NCBI GenBank assembly: GCA_049974845.1
Contig: JBNGCP010000016.1
Coordinates: 1 to 54,453, forward strand
DNA length: 54,453 nucleotides
Direction of reading: 5' to 3'
Source: Anaerolineae bacterium
GTDB lineage: Bacteria > Chloroflexota > Anaerolineae > B4-G1 > SLSP01
The notes beneath the pieces were generated by a model. It ran no database searches. It worked only from the letters and a program-made list of their open reading frames with translations, and was not told where the DNA came from. This document shows, in pieces, positions 1-9,028 of this stretch. The translations under genes were made by a program, and so were the position numbers. Position 1 is the stretch's first letter. Each line of letters opens with the position of its first letter.

Positions 1-33
1 GCGGCGCAGACGCCGGTAGCGGCGCAGACGCCG
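1..33 (+). repeat. 18-bp-period coding tandem repeat (gcggcgcagacgccg x2; AAQTP)
   Basis: Identical 15-mers at 1-15 and 19-33; may extend beyond the window edge. Confidence 0.7.
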
Positions 34-426
34 ATGGCATCGCGGACGTTCAGGGTGGAGGCCGCACCGACGAGTTCGCGAGACTGCGTGCCGCCACGCG
101 AGCCCTACGAGCGCACCTACTTATTGATGCCGCCCGATGCCGATCGCGCGTGGCTGGCGGCGGTGGCGCGCAGCGGTGTCTGGGATCGCTTCCGTTGGAC
201 GATTGGGGCTAGCGCCGACGATGCTGGCATCGGTCCGCCGGTCCGGCGGGTGATCGCGGTAAATCCCGATGGTTGGGGAGATGACCTCGAAGCGTTTTTT
301 GAGGCACACTATCCTGGGGTCCAGTACGGCGAGCTGAATGCTGCGACGCCCGAGGCGCTCGAGGAGATCCTGGAGACGCTGGTCAACAGGCCATTGTCGG
401 CTCGCCGCAGGGGGCGACACCCTTAA
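1..426 (+). CDS. 5'-truncated CDS; low-complexity linker plus a conserved C-terminal domain, probably of a cell-envelope or secreted protein
   Basis: Frame +1 is open from base 1 (AAQTPVAAQTPMAS...) to TAA at 426. The C-terminal block YERTYLL...TIGASADDAGIG...VIAVNP...W...FF...YPGV looks like a folded domain; function not assignable. Confidence 0.65.
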   Translation, partial: AAQTPVAAQTPMASRTFRVEAAPTSSRDCVPPREPYERTYLLMPPDADRAWLAAVARSGVWDRFRWTIGASADDAGIGPPVRRVIAVNPDGWGDDLEAFFEAHYPGVQYGELNAATPEALEEILETLVNRPLSARRRGRHP

Positions 427-478
427 CAAGCGCCGCCTGCGTCAGAGAGGCTGCCGCTGAGCATTCGGCCACCGGCGC

Positions 479-901
479 TCAGATGGACTGAAGTTCCACG
501 CCTCTGATGGTGTAGTAGAAGGCTAGAGACTCGTTCATGCCACGCTGGATGCGCCGTGAGACCTGATCCATCACATCGATGAAGACCAGATCCTTGCCTT
601 TGGAGCAGACAATGCCCAGGCGTGGTCGCCCGCGAGAGTTCTCGATGGCCCACTGGCCCTGATATCGTCGGCGGAAGGTCTCGCCGAGGAACGTGCCCCA
701 CACGGTTCGAATCTCCGAAGAGGGACGCGGGAACTGACGCAGGTGACGCTCTATCCATTCGTCGAGGGTCTGCAGGCCTACCGCGTTGTAGTCGACCTCG
801 ACCCCCGCATACTGGGAGAGGCTGAACCTGGCCCGATCCGCCAGCGCCGTGAGCTGCTGGGATCGCTGGGGCGGGAGAAGTTGTATAGAGCGCTTGGGCA
901 T
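479..901 (-). CDS. hypothetical protein (DUF3806-like helical fold possible)
   Basis: 140-aa ORF, GAGGA RBS before ATG, TG-a-TATAAT upstream; the pattern LxxLDxWI...WGxFLGE...GQW is reminiscent of DUF3806-type proteins. Confidence 0.7.
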   Translation of the reverse strand: MPKRSIQLLPPQRSQQLTALADRARFSLSQYAGVEVDYNAVGLQTLDEWIERHLRQFPRPSSEIRTVWGTFLGETFRRRYQGQWAIENSRGRPRLGIVCSKGKDLVFIDVMDQVSRRIQRGMNESLAFYYTIRGVELQSI

Positions 902-994
902 ACCGTCCTCTTACTTTCAAGGGCCGGATGCATTATATCACGGTCAAGGGGAGAGCACAAAAGGGTGCTGGGAGGCACGCGTCTGCTGATGGTT

Positions 995-1022
995 TTGCCA
1001 GATAGCCCTCAATAGTTATAAT
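995..1022 (+). promoter_or_regulatory. sigma70-type promoter for the MBL-TPR-hypothetical operon
   Basis: TTGCCA-N16-TATAAT upstream of the GGAGG RBS and GTG at 1078. Confidence 0.5.
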
Positions 1023-1077
1023 CGGCATAGTTTGGCGCGCCGGGACCGTCCGGTGGCGCAGTGGAGGAACTAGACTA

Positions 1078-1734
1078 GTGACAGAGTTAGTGTGGTATGG
1101 GCTGGGTTGTTTCCGTCTGGCGGAGCGGGGATATCCTACCGTGGTGACTGACCCCTTTGAGGATGGCGAGACCGGGCTTCGGGGACCGCGGGCTGCGGCG
1201 GAGATCGTGACCTGCAGCCGGCTGATCGATGATCCCATCGATGTTGAGTGGCCGGGGCTGCGCGACGTGAGGTACACGGTGGCTGGCCCTGGCGAGTACG
1301 AGATCGGGGGAGTGTTCATCACCGGCGTCGCTTCGCCGCGTAGCCGTAAGCGTGGTGAGACGGTCGAGCAGAACGTGATCTACACGATCAGCTATCGCGG
1401 GGTGGCGATCTGTCACCTCGGGGAGCTCGGGCGACCACCTACCCAGAAGCAGGTCGAACGCATCGGGCGCGTCAACGTCCTTCTGGTGCCGGTTGGCATC
1501 CCGGGCGGGCTGACGCCGGCGATGGTATCGGAGACGATCAGCATGATCGAGCCCGATGTCGTCGTACCGATGCAGTACAAGACACCGGGCCTGAAGGTCG
1601 AGCGCAGACCGGTGCATGGATTCCTGAAAGAGATGGGTGTAAGCCATCCCGAGACTGTTTCGAGCCTGCAGGCGACATCCAGGGGGGAGCCTGAAGACCT
1701 GCAAATACTCCTCCTGGAACCACAAGAGCGATAG
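1078..1734 (+). CDS. MBL-fold (Lactamase_B_3-like) protein, metal ligands degenerate
   Basis: WYGLGCFRL, VVTDPF, GPGEYEIGGVFITG, ICHLGxLG and VVVPMxY match the short Zn-hydrolase family, but the HxHxDH-type motif reads CSRLIDD. Confidence 0.85.
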   Translation: MTELVWYGLGCFRLAERGYPTVVTDPFEDGETGLRGPRAAAEIVTCSRLIDDPIDVEWPGLRDVRYTVAGPGEYEIGGVFITGVASPRSRKRGETVEQNVIYTISYRGVAICHLGELGRPPTQKQVERIGRVNVLLVPVGIPGGLTPAMVSETISMIEPDVVVPMQYKTPGLKVERRPVHGFLKEMGVSHPETVSSLQATSRGEPEDLQILLLEPQER

Positions 1735-1749
1735 GGTGAGGAGAAAGAG

Positions 1750-2547
1750 ATGAAAAAGCACCTCCTGCTAGGAATCGCCTTGGCGATGGTTCTCATCGGC
1801 GCCGTGGTCGCCGTGATCTATCTCTCCAACCGGCCTTTGCCGTCTGAGGAAGAGGCTGATGCGATGGCCGCCATCCAGGCGGAGATTGATGCTGGTAACT
1901 ATGAGAGTGCCAGAACGCAGTTGGAGGAGGTCCTGGCCGAAGATGAGGGGGATGCGGAGGCCCACTTCAAGCTCGGTCTGGTCTACTTCAACCTGGGTGA
2001 GTACCAGCTTGCACAGGAGCGCTTCTCTCGATCGTTGGAGCTGGAGCCGGACCGTGCCGCCGCTGTGCATCACAATCTGGGTGTTCTCGCGTATCAGACG
2101 GGCGATATGGACGGCGCTCTGGAGGAGTTCCGCGCGGCGCTGAGCGTCGATCCTGACGACCCGGATACGCATTATCAGTTGGGAGCCACCTATCTACTCG
2201 TGGCCTTTCCTACCGGGGCCGAAGAGCCCGACATGGAGAGCCTAGCCTCAGCGGAGGCGGAGTTCGAGCGCGCGCTCGAGGTCGCGTCGGGCAAACCGGA
2301 GGCGCTGGTTGGACTGGCGAATGTCTATATGCTTCGGGGTGAGATGACGGGGGCCATCGATTTGTTGGAGCAGGCCATCGAGCAGGCGCCTGAGATGCGG
2401 GAGGCCCTCTTCGCATTGGGACGCGCCTACGCCGCTGTGGGGGAGCGCGATCGGGCGATAGACACGCTGGAGACGTTCCTGGCTACCGATCCGCCGGCGA
2501 TGTGGGCTCAACAAGCACAGGAGTTGTTGGATGAGTTGGATCAGTAG
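1750..2547 (+). CDS. membrane-anchored tetratricopeptide repeat protein
   Basis: N-terminal KK plus hydrophobic helix; several TPRs (AEAHFKLGLVYF, AVHHNLGVLAY, PDTHYQLGATY, PEALVGLANVY, REALFALGRAY). Confidence 0.9.
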   Translation: MKKHLLLGIALAMVLIGAVVAVIYLSNRPLPSEEEADAMAAIQAEIDAGNYESARTQLEEVLAEDEGDAEAHFKLGLVYFNLGEYQLAQERFSRSLELEPDRAAAVHHNLGVLAYQTGDMDGALEEFRAALSVDPDDPDTHYQLGATYLLVAFPTGAEEPDMESLASAEAEFERALEVASGKPEALVGLANVYMLRGEMTGAIDLLEQAIEQAPEMREALFALGRAYAAVGERDRAIDTLETFLATDPPAMWAQQAQELLDELDQ

Positions 2548-2574
2548 GGTGAACGTGGAGAACGGAGCTGTCCG

Positions 2575-2883
2575 GTGAGTATACCGGTGAAGTTGTTGAT
2601 GACCTGGAATATCGCGCCCGGTCAAGAGGAAGCGTGTTTTGCGTTTATCACTCAGGATCTGCCGAACCATATGCAGGAAGCCGGGCTGGAGCTGGCCGAT
2701 GCATGGTTCACTGCATACGGTGACTGGCCCCAGATCAGAATTGGTTTCATCAGCGCGGAGCTGCAGACGCTGCAGTCTTTCCTGGTCTCGGATGCCTGGC
2801 GTGACGTGAAGCGGGAGTTGCTGGCATACACGCAGGACTACGAAGAAAAGGTCGTGGTCGCCAAGGGAGGGTTCCAGCTCTAG
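2575..2883 (+). CDS. conserved hypothetical protein (NIPSNAP/dimeric alpha-beta barrel-like)
   Basis: 102-aa ORF in the operon; KLLMTWNIxPG...AWFTAYGDxPQI pattern. Confidence 0.75.
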   Translation: MSIPVKLLMTWNIAPGQEEACFAFITQDLPNHMQEAGLELADAWFTAYGDWPQIRIGFISAELQTLQSFLVSDAWRDVKRELLAYTQDYEEKVVVAKGGFQL

Positions 2884-2930
2884 CTGCAGGGCTTGCGCTT
2901 AGGCTGACGATCACGACGCGAGAGCCATGT

Positions 2931-5195
2931 TCACGGTTCTCGCGTCGTCGCGTCCAGGGGAAGTGGGATCTGTGCGGTCTCTTGCTCCACAATGGGATCG
3001 AGGCCGAGGTAGACTTCGATGTCGGAGCGTTGCGTGACCTTTTCCAGCATCCGCCGAAGATGCCGGTACTTCACGAATGTCCATCTGTGTGACTCGACGC
3101 TCTCCGCAAGGCGCGGATCCCTGCGCAGCTTGAGGGCCGTGAGCGCGGCCCGACCGCCGGGCACGATCAGACATCGTTTGCCGTCGCAGGATGGGGGCGG
3201 CGAGAGCAGATGCGGTCCCAGCACCGCCGTCGTGGTGACGCGGAAGAGGTACGGCACGCGTCCTCCCTGCCGCCACGCGATGTCGCCGTTGAGCCGCCGA
3301 GAGACGTTGTATCCCAGCGACCGACCAAGCTCGGTCACATCTCCCCGAATCTGTTGGCTCTCGCCACGACGGTGACGTGGGAGATCCTCAGGTCGGAGTT
3401 GGAGGCTTCCGTCTGCATACTGCGTCGTATACGCATCGATGCAGGCGGCGACCAGTTCTGGCTCGGGTGAGACGACGCCGTTGAACAGCGCGTAGATCCG
3501 GCCGACCAGCCCCTCGGGCCGCCAACGGTCCTGTTCCAGGAGAAGCCGCAGCGTCGCCTCTTCGACGCGATCTGCCAGCGGGCTCTCCGCTCGGGCCGGC
3601 GAGGCGAGCCAGACGAAGCCATTGGGCAGATCCACCAGGCGGGGTCGCTCCTCCGCTGATTCCTCTAGGGCCGCTGCCAGGAAGTCCGTGGGCAGCTTGC
3701 CGCCGTGCTGCATGATCGCGGCGGCCTTAATCTGATCGTGGTGCATAGGCTCTCCACGCTGTTGCAGTATGTGGGTCGCAACGATGACCGGATTGGGTAC
3801 GTCCCGCCCTTCTTCGCGGTCGGGCCGACCTGCGCGGGCCGTGCGCTCTGCATCCGACGTGGGCCTTAGCAGCAGACGGTAGCCAAGTGGTGGGCAAGCG
3901 ATCCACCGGTCGGTGTGCCACCCCGCCTGTGTTGCGCTTTCCACGACGGCTCGCAAAGCTGGCAGAGGCTGGTCGTAGATCAGCGTCAGGGCCGTGGCAT
4001 CCTCCTGCAGCAGGGGTCGGAGCTGGCGAAAGGCGGTCGCCAAGCTGCGCTGATACCATTCCCAATCCAAGCGCCGGCGCTTCAGAAAGCCGCGCAGGGC
4101 AGCCGGCACGCTGTCGCCCCAGAGCCAAGTGGCCCAGAGGATGGAGAGCGCCCAGAACGTGGCGTCGGGCGGCTGAACCTGCAGAACGAGGGCTCGTGCG
4201 GTTTCTCTAAGCTCTTCCCTGTCGAGGTTGCGCAAGGACCTGCCGCTCAGGTGATAGGATGCACCTGAACGGGTGAGGAGCGCAGGTAGAGATGCAGCCG
4301 GTGCCTGCCGCACGACGCGGGGTACCTCCGCGTCCTCATATTCCCGACGGTACGCGGCAAGGGCCTGCTCGAGAAGGGACCAGATATTGTATTCGAGAAA
4401 TCGTTGCGGCGGTCGCAGACTTCGCGGACGCTCGCCGGGACTGTGGTAGGGCGTCAGGCACGTGCCGCGATCCAGCGTGTCCAGCACCAGGGCTGTGAGG
4501 CCTCTGCGCACGTCCTGCGGGGCCTGCACCTGGGGAAGCCGGTTGATGATGTCCATCAGGCTCCCGAGGTTGCGCTGCGTGTAGAGGTGAACGAGCTCCG
4601 CAACTCGGCCGTAGATAGGATCGCCCGGTGACGCCACACGGCCAAGCGCCATGTGAAAGGCAGGATCGGGGGAGGGGGGATAGTCACCGGCGCGAGAGAG
4701 ATCCTCGTCGTCGACAGGACCCTCCCGCGTGACTCCACACTCGCGACAAGGGACGCGCTTGGCAAAGGGCTTACCGGTTGCCCGATCCCACGCGAACCAT
4801 TCCGCTGTCGCCGGTGATCGGCAGTGGGGGCACCGCGTCGCATACCGTCCGTTGATGTGGACCATCACAGGACGACCGCCCTTGAGGAGGTCGCCGAGCT
4901 GTGTCAGGGCAGCCTGGACCTGATGGACGGGCGCGGGGTTGAGATCGAGAGCGAGCCACGAAAGCGCGATGGGGTTACGGTTGAACGCGGCGATGCGACG
5001 TTCTGCGTGCATTGTCTCAGCGAGGGGCAGGGCAGAGTCTATCCCCACAGCCAGAACGAGATCCTCCGGCTGGGTGGTCGACATGACCAGCTCCCTGACA
5101 ACGCCCGCATACGCTGAAGTTCGGTATCGTGCGAGGGGGAAGGATGGCGCTCTGGGCGTGCCAGGGATCAACAGCGCGTCCCCGGCGTCCGCCAT
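2931..5195 (-). CDS. Zn-ribbon-containing DNA methyltransferase-like protein, catalytic motifs degenerate
   Basis: 754 aa with an AGGAGG RBS. CPHC...CREC ribbon, LYTxRNL and the general layout resemble Zn-ribbon adenine MTases, but there is no FxGxG or DPPY. Confidence 0.6.
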   Translation of the reverse strand: MADAGDALLIPGTPRAPSFPLARYRTSAYAGVVRELVMSTTQPEDLVLAVGIDSALPLAETMHAERRIAAFNRNPIALSWLALDLNPAPVHQVQAALTQLGDLLKGGRPVMVHINGRYATRCPHCRSPATAEWFAWDRATGKPFAKRVPCRECGVTREGPVDDEDLSRAGDYPPSPDPAFHMALGRVASPGDPIYGRVAELVHLYTQRNLGSLMDIINRLPQVQAPQDVRRGLTALVLDTLDRGTCLTPYHSPGERPRSLRPPQRFLEYNIWSLLEQALAAYRREYEDAEVPRVVRQAPAASLPALLTRSGASYHLSGRSLRNLDREELRETARALVLQVQPPDATFWALSILWATWLWGDSVPAALRGFLKRRRLDWEWYQRSLATAFRQLRPLLQEDATALTLIYDQPLPALRAVVESATQAGWHTDRWIACPPLGYRLLLRPTSDAERTARAGRPDREEGRDVPNPVIVATHILQQRGEPMHHDQIKAAAIMQHGGKLPTDFLAAALEESAEERPRLVDLPNGFVWLASPARAESPLADRVEEATLRLLLEQDRWRPEGLVGRIYALFNGVVSPEPELVAACIDAYTTQYADGSLQLRPEDLPRHRRGESQQIRGDVTELGRSLGYNVSRRLNGDIAWRQGGRVPYLFRVTTTAVLGPHLLSPPPSCDGKRCLIVPGGRAALTALKLRRDPRLAESVESHRWTFVKYRHLRRMLEKVTQRSDIEVYLGLDPIVEQETAQIPLPLDATTREP

Positions 5196-5215
5196 GGGTC
5201 CTCCTGTGCCTAAGC

Positions 5216-5722
5216 TTAGTTTAGCGAGTCGCTCAACTCCGCAACGGTCGCGCGGATCGCATCCACATCGGGCGCGCCCGCTTGACGATAGGCTATCTCG
5301 CCCTGGTCGTCGAAGATGAAGAAGGTGGGCACGCCGGTGACCTGCCAGCGATATGCCAACGCCTCACCGACGTCGTCCTTAACGTTCAATCGCCAGAGCT
5401 CAGCTTGTTCTGCAATGTCCCTTTCCAACTGGTCGACCTTGGGCTTCGAGGCCAGACAGATGCTGCATGTGTTCGAGTAGAACTCGATGACTGTGGGGCG
5501 CCCTCCCGCAAGTTGGGCCTCCACCTCGCCGATCGAGCCGAAACGGTCCCCAGGGGTCCGCAGTACCAGATACGCGATCACTAGAGCCAGCACAACCGCG
5601 ATGGTGAGCCCATCCTCTTTCAGGAACTGCCAGACCCGGTCCTTCAAGGTTGTGTCCTGCGGCGCTGTGTCCGTTGGGACTTGGTCGTGTGTGACTGCGT
5701 CTTGCTCTGCGTCAGTATCCAT
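5216..5722 (-). CDS. membrane-anchored thioredoxin-family protein
   Basis: GGAGG RBS then ATG 5722; TM helix; EFYSNTCSIC CxxC; VTGVPTF cis-Pro loop. Confidence 0.85.
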   Translation of the reverse strand: MDTDAEQDAVTHDQVPTDTAPQDTTLKDRVWQFLKEDGLTIAVVLALVIAYLVLRTPGDRFGSIGEVEAQLAGGRPTVIEFYSNTCSICLASKPKVDQLERDIAEQAELWRLNVKDDVGEALAYRWQVTGVPTFFIFDDQGEIAYRQAGAPDVDAIRATVAELSDSLN

Positions 5723-5748
5723 TTTACCTCCCACGATATTGTCTGCTG

Positions 5749-6621
5749 CTAGGTGTCCGATGCCGGAGTGTGAACCCCGGTTAATGCACGGAGCTTGGCC
5801 AGGTTCTCGCGGTCTTCGTGCAGATCCTCGCTCTTCGGCGTTTCCAGAATGCCGGGTAATCCATTCAGCCTCGGGTCGGCGACGATGTGCTCGAATCCCT
5901 CAAGTCCAATGTGCCCTTCGCCGATGTGTTCGTGACGGTCCCGATGGCTGCCAAGCGGGTATTTGCTATCGTTCAGGTGGATGACGCGCAATCGATCCAA
6001 CCCTATCCGCGCGTCGAACTCGCCCATCGTCTGCTGATAGCCTTCCTCCGTTCTTAACTCATAGCCGGCCGCAAACGCATGACAGGTATCGAAACAGACA
6101 CCATAATGGTTGTCGGCTGCGGCGCCTTCCAGCAGATACGCAAGGCTCGCCAAATCACCGCCGAGTGCCGTGCCCTGCCCCGCCGTCGTCTCCAGCAGGA
6201 TCAGGATGCGGGATTCCTGCAGCGCCGCGCTTACCTCCTGCAGAGCACGCACGGCCTGATCGTGGCCCTGATCCATGCCAGAGCCGATATGCGCGCCAGG
6301 ATGCAGGACCAGATAGGGTATCCCGAGCTCCTGGCAGCGCCGTGCCTCGACGATCAATGCCTCCACCGACTGACGGTACAGGGCCGGATCCGGCGAGGCG
6401 ATATTGATAAGGTACGAGGCGTGTGCCACGATCGGGCGAATGTCGTGCGCGTCGCGCACCCTCTTGAATTCAGCCACCTCCTCGGGATCCAGCGGTGGCG
6501 CGTGCCACTGACGGCTGTTCTTCGTCCAGATCTGCAAGGACTCGCATCCGACCGAGACCCCGCGCTCTATAGCGCAGTGCAGCCCGCCCGCTATGGACTC
6601 GTGTGCGCCCAGGCGTAACAC
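5749..6621 (-). CDS. nfo: deoxyribonuclease IV (AP endonuclease)
   Basis: LGAHESIAGG, HASYLIN, LHPG, LLETTAGQG, FDTCH, HLNDSK, DRHEHIGEG, LETP motifs. Confidence 0.95.
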   Translation of the reverse strand: MLRLGAHESIAGGLHCAIERGVSVGCESLQIWTKNSRQWHAPPLDPEEVAEFKRVRDAHDIRPIVAHASYLINIASPDPALYRQSVEALIVEARRCQELGIPYLVLHPGAHIGSGMDQGHDQAVRALQEVSAALQESRILILLETTAGQGTALGGDLASLAYLLEGAAADNHYGVCFDTCHAFAAGYELRTEEGYQQTMGEFDARIGLDRLRVIHLNDSKYPLGSHRDRHEHIGEGHIGLEGFEHIVADPRLNGLPGILETPKSEDLHEDRENLAKLRALTGVHTPASDT

Positions 6622-6690
6622 GGCGACAAATCGATGGTAAGGTGCGCCGGGACGAAAGGTCCCGGGATCATCTCACGTTTCCGGCCTGCG

Positions 6691-7161
6691 CTAGCCCTCA
6701 GAGCTCGGGCCCTCGGGGAGGGAGCCGGGTGTCGTCGGGTTGGGTTCGGCCACAATGCGATGGCTGTGTGTGATCTCCGCCGTCTTCTTGAGCATGCCCT
6801 GAACGGGGCAGTATTTCTCCTCAGAGAGCTCGATGGACCGTATCAATGCCTGCTCGTCGATGCCTTCGCCGAACGCGATATACGTCAGATGAATCTTGGT
6901 AAAGACTTTAGGATGATCCTCTGCACGCTCGGCCTCGAGATGCACCTGCAGGTTGGTCAAGGGTTGGCGTTTCTTCTCCATGATGGAGATCACATCCATC
7001 GCCGTGCAGCTCGCGAGGCCAACGGCGACCAACTCCATAGCCGTGAGTCCGGTGTGCGTTCCGTATTTGCCGCCCGCTGAATCCACCACGATGGCCGGGC
7101 TGTTCTCGGTCTCGCCCACCAGGCGGAGGCCCGGACCGATCCAGGTTACCTGTGCTTTCAC
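6691..7161 (-). CDS. OsmC/YhfA family protein
   Basis: MEL...GLASCTAMDV, P-KVFTKIHL, SEEKYCPV; both Cys present. Confidence 0.9.
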   Translation of the reverse strand: MKAQVTWIGPGLRLVGETENSPAIVVDSAGGKYGTHTGLTAMELVAVGLASCTAMDVISIMEKKRQPLTNLQVHLEAERAEDHPKVFTKIHLTYIAFGEGIDEQALIRSIELSEEKYCPVQGMLKKTAEITHSHRIVAEPNPTTPGSLPEGPSSEG

Positions 7162-7547
7162 GTTGTCCCGCTCCTTAAGGTCTTTTTATCTGATTTGGCC
7201 GCGTGCGTCATCGACTGCGCTTGTAGTGGTATGACGCAGATAAACCTTAGCGTTGCCTCGCCGGTGTTACGGTAACCGTGGATCTCATCCGGTTTGACCA
7301 GCAGGAAGCGACCGGGCGCCAAAGCCCCGACATCGCCCTCCGGACCCGTGACCACCCCGCTTCCCTCTAGAACGTAGATCTCGTGCTCATAGGGGTGGTG
7401 GTGCGGATCGAAGACCACACCGGGGTCGAGCTCGATGACGCGCATCGCGAAGTTCGGCGCGTCTTCTTTCTCGCTGATGAGCCAGCGGATGCGTATCCCC
7501 TCCTGAACCACCTCGGGCGTCACGTTGACGGCGTCGTCAAGCAGCAT
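7158..7547 (-). CDS. cupin domain protein
   Basis: APNFAMRVIEL-PG, HHHPYEHEIYVLEG, EIHGYRNTG; ATG 7547 follows GAGGA and overlaps the upstream gene end. Confidence 0.9.
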   Translation of the reverse strand: MLLDDAVNVTPEVVQEGIRIRWLISEKEDAPNFAMRVIELDPGVVFDPHHHPYEHEIYVLEGSGVVTGPEGDVGALAPGRFLLVKPDEIHGYRNTGEATLRFICVIPLQAQSMTHAAKSDKKTLRSGTT

Positions 7548-7860
7548 CGTCGTTATCCTCGGCTTCTGTTGGTTGCTCCATCTCGCCAGGCACATCACTC
7601 TGTATTGCGGTCGCGGCCTCCTCGGCTGCGGACGCATCCGTCTGAGCTGTGGGCACCTCGTCCTCCTCGGATCTGGTTGAGATCCCCAAGAGCATGTAGA
7701 TGCCGCAGTATCCGGTGATGCCCGTTACAAGGCTGACCAGGCCCAAGGCCCCGACGATGATACCAACCACGCCCTGGATGAAGAGGAAACCCAAGAGCAT
7801 CGCATACACCCCGAGAATGGTCCTCAGAAGCTGGTCCCTACCGCCGACGTTCGGTCTCAT
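7537..7860 (-). CDS. DUF2892 (YgaP-like) membrane protein with acidic tail
   Basis: NVGGRDxxLRxILG, two TM helices, TGITGYCGIYxLLGIST. Confidence 0.9.
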   Translation of the reverse strand: MRPNVGGRDQLLRTILGVYAMLLGFLFIQGVVGIIVGALGLVSLVTGITGYCGIYMLLGISTRSEEDEVPTAQTDASAAEEAATAIQSDVPGEMEQPTEAEDNDDAA

Positions 7861-7875
7861 CGCTTGCCTCCTAGA

Positions 7876-8853
7876 TCAGTCAAGGGTCTGAATGAACTCG
7901 CGGATGTCCAGCGCTGCTTTGGTGCCATCGCCCACGGAGACGGTTAGCTGCGCCGGGTTGTCGGCACGCACATCCCCAATCGCGTAAAGACCGGGGACAT
8001 TGGTGCGCATGTGGCTATCGCTCTTGATGTAGCCCCATTGGTTGAGCTCCACCAAATCCTCGACAAACGAGGTGTACGGGGAGTAGCCCACGTAGATGAA
8101 GACCCCGGCTGCGGGGAAGAACTTCTCCTCCTCGGTCTCGCGATCGACTGCTACAACCCCCGTGACAGCCTTGTCGCCCCGAATCTCGGTGACGCGATGG
8201 TTGAAGACCATCGTGCTCTTCTCGTGCTGGCCGACGCGATCCTGGAGGATCTGCTCGGCCCGAGAGTACGGGAGGAACTCAATGACGGTCAACTTGTTGA
8301 CATATTCCAGGAGCGGCAGCGCTTCCTGCAGTCCAGAGTTTCCGGCGCCGATGATGATGACGTCTTTCCCTCGGAAGAGGGGGCCATCGCAGGTCGCGCA
8401 GTAAGAGACGCCCTTGCCGTAATATTCGTCTTCCCCGGGAACGTTGAGCTTCTTCGGGCGGCTACCCGTGGCAATCACCACGGTCTTGCCCTGATAAACG
8501 GCGCCATTTTCGGTCGTGACCTCAATCAGACCCTTTTTGACCGGGTTCACGCCGCTGACTTCCTCAAACTCGACGATCTCAGCGCCGAAGCGTTCTGCTT
8601 GATCCCGGAAGCGTTGCATCAACTCCATCCCGTTGATGCCATTGGGAAACCCCGGATAGTTCTCGACCAACTCCGTGGTTGCAGCAAGCCCGCCGGTGGT
8701 CTCCCGCTCGAGGATCAGGACATCCATTCCGTCGCGACCCGTGTAAATTGCCGTCGTCAGACCGGCCGGGCCGCCGCCAATGATAATGACATCGTAGAGG
8801 ACACTTTCAGACTGCTTCTTGGGGGCGTCTTCGGTGATCTTGAAGTCGAACAT
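7876..8853 (-). CDS. trxB: thioredoxin reductase-like FAD-dependent disulfide reductase
   Basis: GGGPAGL, VENYPGF, SYCATCDG, GAGNSG, YAIGDV; alternative GTG start at 8862. Confidence 0.92.
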   Translation of the reverse strand: MFDFKITEDAPKKQSESVLYDVIIIGGGPAGLTTAIYTGRDGMDVLILERETTGGLAATTELVENYPGFPNGINGMELMQRFRDQAERFGAEIVEFEEVSGVNPVKKGLIEVTTENGAVYQGKTVVIATGSRPKKLNVPGEDEYYGKGVSYCATCDGPLFRGKDVIIIGAGNSGLQEALPLLEYVNKLTVIEFLPYSRAEQILQDRVGQHEKSTMVFNHRVTEIRGDKAVTGVVAVDRETEEEKFFPAAGVFIYVGYSPYTSFVEDLVELNQWGYIKSDSHMRTNVPGLYAIGDVRADNPAQLTVSVGDGTKAALDIREFIQTLD

Positions 8854-8971
8854 AGAACTCACCTCTCCAGTTTAAGTATACTAGAGTTATGCTTGAACTT
8901 GGTTGATGACATCGCTATCTTACCCTTGAGTTGGAGTTAAGGGAAACTTCACAACCCATGCTTATCCAAGA

Positions 8972-9000
8972 TCAGGCCCGGCGTCCATCACCGGGCCTGA
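8972..9000 (-). terminator. hairpin / probable terminator downstream of the PDO gene
   Basis: Perfect 10-bp inverted repeat tcaggcccgg / ccgggcctga; weak U-tract. Confidence 0.55.
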
Positions 9001-9028
9001 CACAATGACACTTCGACAGGATAAGCTG

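Noticed and set aside
8011-8940. Long antisense ORFs (this one, 12980-14203, 25757-26869, 32956-33972, 35800-36738 and others)
   Set aside because: Shadow frames of real genes, as expected in GC-rich DNA; no motifs.
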